The notes below the pieces were generated by a model. The model ran no database searches. It saw only the letters and a program-made list of their open reading frames with translations, and was not told the DNA's origin. Below are positions 57,113-64,000 of a stretch of 64,000 bases of DNA, piece by piece. The translations under genes were made by a program, and so were the position numbers. Where the stretch lies: contig OY759316.1 of the NCBI GenBank assembly GCA_963662275.1, forward strand, positions 1,216,001-1,280,000, read 5' to 3'. Origin of the DNA: Candidatus Cloacimonadales bacterium (GTDB taxonomy: Bacteria > Cloacimonadota > Cloacimonadia > Cloacimonadales > DAONDQ01). Position 1 is the stretch's first letter, and each line of letters starts with the position of its first letter.

Positions 57113-58297
57113 ATGTATAATGAAGAAATTTCAAAGTACAAATTTCCCTTAGATAGATTCATCACGGAAGATAAATTTGAGAAGATCAAATCCTTCATAC
57201 AAGATAAACCAACGCCAATGTTGATTATAGATCTTGATATCGTAAAAACCAGGTACACAAATCTGGTAAAGAATATGCCCTTTGCTAAAGTATATTTCGC
57301 TGTCAAAGCATGCCCATTGAATGAAGTCATCACAGTATTACGCGATCTTGGTTCAAATTTTGATGTCGCCAGTCGGTTTGAATTGGATCAGGTGATGTCG
57401 TTAGGTGTTTCTGCAGACCGTATCAGTTATGGCAACACAATCAAGAAGCATGGGGATATCGAATATTTTTATCAGAAGGGAATCAGGCTTTTTGTGACCG
57501 ATTCTGATACAGATTTGCTGAATCTTGCCAAATATGCACCCGGTTCCAAGGTGTTTTTTAGACTGTTGACCGAAGGCAGAGGAGCAGACTGGCCTTTATC
57601 CCGTAAATTTGGAGCACATCCGGATATGATCTATTCTCTCATCCTGAAAGCAAAGGAACTTGGACTTAATCCATTCGGATTATCTTTCCATGTAGGTTCG
57701 CAGCAGCGTGATATTGGTCAGTGGGATGATGCTATATCCCGATGCAAGTATCTGTTTGATGCTGCAACAGAACAGGAGATAAATTTAGAGATGATTAACC
57801 TCGGTGGAGGATTTCCTGCTGAATATCTGGAGCAGACATTTCCTGTGGAAGAATATGCCCATGAAATCACCCGATTCCTGGAAGAAGATTTCGCAGATGG
57901 CTTACCGACGATATTCCTTGAACCTGGACGTTCCCTGACTGCTGATGCCGGTATAATCGTTGCAGAAGTAGTGAATATTGCGACCAAATCAAAGCACAGT
58001 TCCAACCGCTGGGTTTATTTGGATATCGGGATGTTTGGTGGTTTAATCGAAACCATGAACGAATCCATTAAATATCCTATATTCTTTGATCGGGAAGGGA
58101 ATGTGGAAGAAGTGATTCTCGCTGGTCCAACATGCGATAGCATGGATATTCTATATGAGAACTATCATTATGATATGCCCGAGACCGTGGAAATAGGAGA
58201 TAAAGTATATATTTTTACTACCGGTGCTTATACAGCCAGTTATAGTTCTGTCTATTTTAATGGCTTTCCACCCCTAAGAACATTGATCTTAGCTTAA
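57113..58297 (+). CDS. Type III PLP-dependent ornithine/lysine decarboxylase
   Basis: YFAVKAC, FDVASRFE, LSRKFG, SFHVGSQ, NLGGGFP, EPGRSL, GPTCDSMD, GAYT...FNGF; GGAGG RBS. Confidence 0.92.
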   Translation: MYNEEISKYKFPLDRFITEDKFEKIKSFIQDKPTPMLIIDLDIVKTRYTNLVKNMPFAKVYFAVKACPLNEVITVLRDLGSNFDVASRFELDQVMSLGVSADRISYGNTIKKHGDIEYFYQKGIRLFVTDSDTDLLNLAKYAPGSKVFFRLLTEGRGADWPLSRKFGAHPDMIYSLILKAKELGLNPFGLSFHVGSQQRDIGQWDDAISRCKYLFDAATEQEINLEMINLGGGFPAEYLEQTFPVEEYAHEITRFLEEDFADGLPTIFLEPGRSLTADAGIIVAEVVNIATKSKHSSNRWVYLDIGMFGGLIETMNESIKYPIFFDREGNVEEVILAGPTCDSMDILYENYHYDMPETVEIGDKVYIFTTGAYTASYSSVYFNGFPPLRTLILA

Positions 58298-58700
58298 TCA
58301 ATGCACTTTGCATAAAAACTTAGGGTTTGGAGTTCAAAAACGAGTTAATTTCTAGCGCGTGAAAATTATAACTACAGTGGAGTTGAACTCCGAATCACCT
58401 ATAATCGAGATTCTATACTAGTTTTCGAAGGTAATTCGAAGTCCAACATGCTAGAAATCAGCTTTTCAAACTCTCCGACACTCAAGTGCCACCTCTCTTT
58501 ATCCAAAGAGAGGAATGGGTAAAACGCCGATTTCCCTCCCTTTGGATAAAGGGAGGGATTAAGGGAGAGTTTGATTCTGCAACAGTTTTCAGCAAGGTTC
58601 GAGAGTGTTATCGCAAACAGGTGTAATAACAATAATAATATCTATCAGCAAATATAAATACTTCATAAAAATGGTTAAGTATTTTTATTAACTACACATA

Positions 58701-58716
58701 TGGCTCAAAAATTGCT
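58701..58716 (+). promoter_or_regulatory. Candidate sigma-54 (-24/-12) promoter
   Basis: TGGCTCAAAAATTGCT: GG and GC separated by exactly 10 nt, ~90 bp upstream of the ATG at 58803. Confidence 0.55.
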
Positions 58717-58802
58717 ATTATTTTAAATAATATTTGAATTTTTTATTCGGACGCATCATTTATGTAGATGCCAAAAAAGTGATTTTAACCAAGAAGGGAG
58801 AA

Positions 58803-59900
58803 ATGGGAAAGCTTTTATTAATTGGGGTTCTCGTTATCGGTGTGGTTATTTCTACTGCTATTGTTAAATCAAGTGCTCAAGCAGCTCAATTGCCTCAAAT
58901 TGTGATCACAGATGTATCAGCAAAAGAAACCAAGAATTTGTCTAACTATGCTGCGAGATATGCCTTACAATTCGCAGAATCACAGCATTTTCCCGCAACA
59001 AGGGGATTTACAAAAAAACAGACGTTCAACAATTTCTTTTATCGGTTTGGATATATCGATAGCATTCGCTATTCTTATGTGGCTTCAAAACAGAGTTTTC
59101 TAATCAAGGCATATACCCGGACAACGATCAGCGGTAAAACTGCCACGCATGTTGGAATGGCTGGGATCAAGGGTATTAGTCCAATTGGAGGTGTGGGTGA
59201 TATTCTACACTTGAGTTTTGAAAATAACTATCTGGATTCATCACCTAATCATAATGATGGAATTGGTTATGGAAATATCCGTTTTAAAAATAATGGTTTA
59301 AATAATTCCTGCATTTGGCCTGATGGAAATGATGATAAAGTTCTAATTCCAGATAATAATTTCATGGATATGACTCCTGAATTTTCTGTGGTTGTTTGGC
59401 CTAACTGGAACTCAAATCCCAATGGTTGGATACCTATTTACTGGAAATCCTTAACTCCTGGAACTCCAAATGCCAGTACACAACCTGCCTATGGTGCCTG
59501 GATATATCAGGATTATTTATATGCGGGAGTAACAACTGCCTCGGGGCAATATATACAGGCAAAATCTACTACAGATATTAAACCTCAAGGGAATTGGCAT
59601 TTTGTTGCTATTACTTTTGGTCAGAATTATATTAAGCTATATTACGATGGTGCATTGGTAGGACAAACAAGTGCTGCAACATCCCAACCTATTAATTCCA
59701 ACCAGGATTTGATGATATTAACCATGCCTGCAACAAAGACAGTTACTCTTTCACCAGTTTTTTTCAAGGGTCGTTTCGATGAATTTGGAATCTACGGCTA
59801 TTGTTTAACTGCTACGCAAGTGCTTTCAATTTATAACAGCCCCTGTGGCATTATGCCTTCCAGTATGGGGATTCCAGTCGTTGAATACGTAAAAGAGTAG
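58803..59900 (+). CDS. LamG/concanavalin A-like domain protein with N-terminal membrane anchor (PilX-like), copy 1
   Basis: LSFENN..DSS...NDG, WHFVAITF....KLYYDG, FKGRFDEFGIY...LT..QV; start ATG 58803 after GGGAG. Confidence 0.8.
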   Translation: MGKLLLIGVLVIGVVISTAIVKSSAQAAQLPQIVITDVSAKETKNLSNYAARYALQFAESQHFPATRGFTKKQTFNNFFYRFGYIDSIRYSYVASKQSFLIKAYTRTTISGKTATHVGMAGIKGISPIGGVGDILHLSFENNYLDSSPNHNDGIGYGNIRFKNNGLNNSCIWPDGNDDKVLIPDNNFMDMTPEFSVVVWPNWNSNPNGWIPIYWKSLTPGTPNASTQPAYGAWIYQDYLYAGVTTASGQYIQAKSTTDIKPQGNWHFVAITFGQNYIKLYYDGALVGQTSAATSQPINSNQDLMILTMPATKTVTLSPVFFKGRFDEFGIYGYCLTATQVLSIYNSPCGIMPSSMGIPVVEYVKE

Positions 59901-60227
59901 TATAGTAGTCAACCATACCACAGACTATTAGTATGTTCGATTTTATTAGAGTTTAAACTTTTGTACGTTTAGTTTCCCACTCATTAGGACATTGATTTAA
60001 TCTGAGAAAAAGAATCTTAATTTGTTGTATTATATTCAAATAGCGGGCAATAAAGTTATTATGCAATCATTATATATTTTCAATATAATTAACTTAACAT
60101 ATATCTAGTAATAATCTTGACTAAAAATTGCAATAATATAGATTAACCCACATAATCTGCAAAAAAAACTTCTTAGCTGATTGATGACTGTATAATTAAT
60201 TGTTCTTTGCAAAAAAGGCGCTTAAAG

Positions 60228-61316
60228 ATGGGAAAACTTTTACTAATTGGTGTTATCGTTTTAGGAGTAGTATTTTCTTCAGCAATCATGAATTCATATA
60301 AAGAAGCTAATAAATTACCTCAAGTAGCACTTGAAGAAGTATCCAGTAAAGAAACACGAAATCTTTCTGATTATGCGATAAGTTATGCACTTCAATTTGC
60401 TGAAGCCCAGCATTTTCCGTCTTCACACGGTTTCAAGAAAAAGCAGAAGTTCAATAATTTTTCTTATCGAAATGGCAAAATTGATAGTATTTCTTATACC
60501 TATATTCCTGCAAAACAGAACTTTCAAATTCTAACATATACTCGGACTCTTATCAATGGTAAAAGCACTTCACATGTAGCTATGGCAGGTATCAGGGGTA
60601 TCAGTAATGTCGGGGGGAAAGGAAATTTGGCACATTGGAGCTTTGATAACAATTTTCTTGATTCATCTCCTAATCATAATGATGGGACTGGGCTTAATGG
60701 TATCCGTTTTCAGAATAATGGACTTAACAATGCGGCTGTATTTATTGATGGAAAAGATGATTATGTTACTTATCCGGATAGTCCAACCCTTGATATGCCG
60801 GTAAATTTTTCCTGGTCTTTTTGGGGCAACTGGAATTCCAACCCTAATGGTTGGATTCCATTCATGTGGAAAGCTTCATTGCCGAATGATGTCAATTATC
60901 GTAATAAGCCATCTTATGGATTATGGATCTATCAAGACTATCTTCATGCCGGTATTTTGACGCAAAACATGGAATGGATTGAAGCCATATCCACAGCAAC
61001 TGTGAAACCCCAGGGTACATGGCATCTTATGTGTATCACATATAATGGATTAACTCTAAAAATATATTATGACGGTGTAGTTGTTGGAACAGCGACAGGC
61101 ACTGTCGGTGGTCCCATATACAATTCTGACCAAATAGTTACGATAGCAAGAATCTCTCAGAATGGTTCCTACTTGTATTTTAAAGGGAGAATGGACGAAG
61201 TTGGTTTATATGACATAGTTTTTACTCCTGCCCAGGTTAGTTCCATTTGGAACAGTAATAATGGTATTTTCCCATCAACTTCAGGAATACCTATTGTAGA
61301 TTATATTAGAGAGTGA
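60228..61316 (+). CDS. LamG/concanavalin A-like domain protein, copy 2
   Basis: Colinear paralog of copy 1 (MGKLLLIGV, FAE.QHFP, WNSNPNGWIP, FKGRMDEV). Confidence 0.8.
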   Translation: MGKLLLIGVIVLGVVFSSAIMNSYKEANKLPQVALEEVSSKETRNLSDYAISYALQFAEAQHFPSSHGFKKKQKFNNFSYRNGKIDSISYTYIPAKQNFQILTYTRTLINGKSTSHVAMAGIRGISNVGGKGNLAHWSFDNNFLDSSPNHNDGTGLNGIRFQNNGLNNAAVFIDGKDDYVTYPDSPTLDMPVNFSWSFWGNWNSNPNGWIPFMWKASLPNDVNYRNKPSYGLWIYQDYLHAGILTQNMEWIEAISTATVKPQGTWHLMCITYNGLTLKIYYDGVVVGTATGTVGGPIYNSDQIVTIARISQNGSYLYFKGRMDEVGLYDIVFTPAQVSSIWNSNNGIFPSTSGIPIVDYIRE

Positions 61317-62020
61317 GGCTGAAGGAATTAAGAATTAGACTTTGTGGGAAAAAGTAGACAAGAATTCTTGGAGTCCAAATCGCCTTATCCAGATTGACTT
61401 ATTGCTAAATACTATTGGCGATTCGGACTTCAAGATTTCATACACCTAATTATATAAAAATAAATGAGAACTATGCAAAATTGTCGCTTTCCTGAACTTC
61501 CCAGAAAACGAGTTTTCGTTGCCAAGGATGAAAGGTCGTATCATGAAGTCCACTTGCCCTTTTAGCTACGTTATCAAAGAAATTTATTAGGGCAAATGAA
61601 CTCCAGATACTTAGCTTTCCTGAAGTCCGAAATTCCCTGTTTGATGAATTAGATTTTGATAGTTTTCGAAGGGAATTATGGACTCCAGGTAGCTTACTAA
61701 TCTCTAATCTCTAATCCCTTCCTTTACGTCATAAAAAAATTACAAATATCCTACTTATATATTGATCCAGTGACAGAGAAAATCTTCACTATTCTCCAAA
61801 CATGCTTCAATACTTGTTTTATCGGTGTTAAACTTAAGCAATTTATTGGTATCCAAATTGCATCACATATATATGGAAAAATCGTTATTTCAGTATTGTT
61901 GAACGAAGCTGCAAGCAGCAGTACCGTTCGCAGTAAACTCGTGTTTCATGCATTTAAACTATTGATATACTGAACCCTCACTAAAAGCATACTTACCCCC
62001 AAAATTAACTGGAGGTAAGT

Positions 62021-62893
62021 ATGGAATCATACGAAGTTCGCTTTTTAGAGTGCCTTGATCTTCGAGGCGTGTCCCGAGAGACAAAATACAATTACATCAG
62101 ACAAGTCACTTCTTTAGCATCATATTATGGTCAAGACCCCGGCACACTATCTATTGAACAGGTAAGAACATATTTTGTCTACCTGCATAACGTCAAGAAT
62201 TATAGTCCTCAGAGTTTAAAATCAGCCTATTATGGCATCAGATTTTTTTTCATCCATGTTGTTGGTTTCAGGCAAGAGGATTTTACCTTTTTTAAGGCAA
62301 AGATTGAGCACAAACTTCCTGTGATTCTGACCACAGACGAAGTTAGAATGCTTATCTCCCGCATTCATACTTATGATTATCGACTCTTACTGACTCTTAC
62401 CTATCAATGCGGATTAAGGATTTCGGAAGCAGTCAAGATTAAAATAGCCGATATCAACCGGGAATTGATGACCATCACGGTAAGGCAATCCAAAGGCAAC
62501 AAAGACAGGTCAATACCTCTGCCTGAAAAATTGTATCAGGAACTCCGGGAATATTGGAAAACCCATCAGAACAGACAGCTTTTATTCCCGAGCAGAAGCA
62601 CCAGACAGGCTGATATTAACAGAATGACAACCTCGAACCAGATTTCTGTCCAAACTCTTCGGTCAGCTCTGAAGTCAGCCTTAAAGGAGACACGCATCCC
62701 TAAGCATGTAACCTGTCATACACTCAGACATTCTTATGCCACACATTTATTGGAAGCAGGTGTCAGTATCATCATCATCAAAGACTTGCTCGGGCACGAA
62801 AGTCTTAGAGCGACCATGGTATACGTGCATTTGACTAACGTTTCCCGAGAGCAGTCATGTAAAATCATCAATGAACTGATGAATAAGATGTAA
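62021..62893 (+). CDS. Tyrosine site-specific integrase/recombinase with N-terminal SAM-like domain
   Basis: KLPVILT, GLRISE (R), SKGNKDR (K), HTLRHSYATHLLE (HxxR), LGH, T.VY; GGAGG RBS. Confidence 0.92.
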   Translation: MESYEVRFLECLDLRGVSRETKYNYIRQVTSLASYYGQDPGTLSIEQVRTYFVYLHNVKNYSPQSLKSAYYGIRFFFIHVVGFRQEDFTFFKAKIEHKLPVILTTDEVRMLISRIHTYDYRLLLTLTYQCGLRISEAVKIKIADINRELMTITVRQSKGNKDRSIPLPEKLYQELREYWKTHQNRQLLFPSRSTRQADINRMTTSNQISVQTLRSALKSALKETRIPKHVTCHTLRHSYATHLLEAGVSIIIIKDLLGHESLRATMVYVHLTNVSREQSCKIINELMNKM

Positions 62894-64000
62894 ATGGATT
62901 TTAGCAGGATTCTCAAAAACAACCTGTCCGAGTATCTGGAAAAATATGGAAACCAGTCACCGGAAAGCCATTTAAGAGCGATCAGAGATATTCTCCTTTG
63001 CCGGACACCTGAACTGGGCGGAGAAGTCTATTTATGCCAGGAATGTGCGGAACTGCATTATTCCTATCATTCCTGCAAAAACCGTCACTGCCCGAAGTGT
63101 GGCCGTAATGATTCAGCGAAATGGCTGGAAAAGCAGCTTGCCAAACTGCTGCCGGTTAAGTACTTCATGGTAACTTTCACCATACCCCGGGAACTGCACA
63201 AAACATGCCTGTCAAATCAGAAACTGCTTTATGATCTTCAGTTCAAAGCATCATCTGAAGCCTTAAAGACATTGCTTTCAGATCCCAAATATGCCGGTGG
63301 CGTTTCAGGCTTTACCGGGGTACTTCATACCTGGACAAGGCAGCTTGAATATCATCCTCATATTCATTATATAGTCCCCGGCGGAGCTTGGAATAAAGAA
63401 CGAAAGGAATGGCAAAAAGCAGGCAATAAGTTCCTGATTCCGGTCAAAGCTCTTTCGGTGATTTACCGGGCAAAATTCCGTGATTTGCTTCGACTGGAAA
63501 ATCAGCATCTGTTTGGTCGGATATCCCCGCTAGTCTGGCAGCAAAAAGAGTTTGTCACAGACTCCCGACCCGTCGGAAAAGGTCGGGAGGCTCTGACTTA
63601 TTTGGCCAATTATGTGTATCGGACCGCCATCACCAACAATCGCATCCTTTGGGAAAAGGACGGGCTGGTAACCTTTAAATACAAGCCGGCAGGTTCAGCT
63701 AAATTCGCCTTTAAAAGCGTCGACTCCGTGGAGTTTATCAATAAGTTCCTGATGCATGTTCTGCCGCAGGGATTTCAGAAAATCAGATACTACGGATTTC
63801 TCAGTCCGGCGGCAAAATCTGTCTGGGAGATGGTCAACAGCTTTTTCCCAGCAAAGTCCGATTCTAATGACAAGAATCAGACAGCTAAAACTTTTGTAAT
63901 TCCCAAATTTGAAAAAGACCTCTGCCCTAATTGCAAATCAAAGATGACACAGCATGCTTCAATTACCGGAAAACCAAGATCACCGCCTTGGTCGCTGTTG
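62894..64000 (+). CDS. IS91-family (Y2/HUH) transposase, running off the window edge near its C-terminus
   Basis: Not in ORF track. Manual translation from ATG 62894: CRTPELGG...C..C...HSCKNRHCPKC zinc domain, LHTW...YHPHIH (HUH), HVLPQGFQKIRYYGFL, CPNC...RSPP. Confidence 0.9.
   Translation, partial: MDFSRILKNNLSEYLEKYGNQSPESHLRAIRDILLCRTPELGGEVYLCQECAELHYSYHSCKNRHCPKCGRNDSAKWLEKQLAKLLPVKYFMVTFTIPRELHKTCLSNQKLLYDLQFKASSEALKTLLSDPKYAGGVSGFTGVLHTWTRQLEYHPHIHYIVPGGAWNKERKEWQKAGNKFLIPVKALSVIYRAKFRDLLRLENQHLFGRISPLVWQQKEFVTDSRPVGKGREALTYLANYVYRTAITNNRILWEKDGLVTFKYKPAGSAKFAFKSVDSVEFINKFLMHVLPQGFQKIRYYGFLSPAAKSVWEMVNSFFPAKSDSNDKNQTAKTFVIPKFEKDLCPNCKSKMTQHASITGKPRSPPWSLL

Larger units (their letters stand above)
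62021..64000 (+). mobile_element. Integrase + IS91-type transposase two-gene mobile module (ends not resolved)
   Basis: TAA of the integrase abuts the ATG of the transposase. Confidence 0.75.

Noticed and set aside
61770..61973. 67-aa ORF upstream of the integrase
   Set aside because: No motif or RBS; cannot be supported, and the left end of the mobile module could not be placed.
62021..62893. Integron integrase with attC cassettes
   Set aside because: No evident IntI-specific insertion, it is coupled to an IS91-type transposase, and the hairpins lack the RYYYAAC/GTTRRRY core and one-per-gene spacing.

Overview
AT-rich bacterial chromosomal window, probably Candidatus Cloacimonadota or a related FCB lineage. 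This is an inference from LPS genes and secreted proteins ending in a YPNPFNP...KM(I/V)L(L/M)K FlgD-Ig/T9SS-like tail. Housekeeping genes: trmFO, lpxH, cyclophilin, holB, gltX, FadL-like porin, YitT, two Ca/Na antiporters and an ornithine decarboxylase. Other loci: a putative arginine synthetase (ArcE-like)-carbamate kinase pair, a B12-binding protein heading an ABC exporter operon, three tandem M6 metalloproteases, an RCC1-repeat protein, two LamG paralogs, an RloA/RloB-type pair, a complete Mutator-like IS with 11-bp IRs and an 8-bp target duplication, and an integrase + IS91-type module at the right edge. The intergenic DNA is unusually rich in repeats: 7-bp tandem arrays, 11-bp phased arrays, GTAG REP-like palindromes and about 12 copies of a 60-65 bp strand-asymmetric hairpin. 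The best candidate for an undescribed system is a four-helix-bundle (IVP/Avd-like) gene at 49359-49721 enclosed by mutually complementary heptamer arrays, one being a 53-unit aperiodic two-letter array. No rRNA, tRNA, CRISPR array or reverse transcriptase was recognised. All assignments come from reading motifs by eye; no searches were run.
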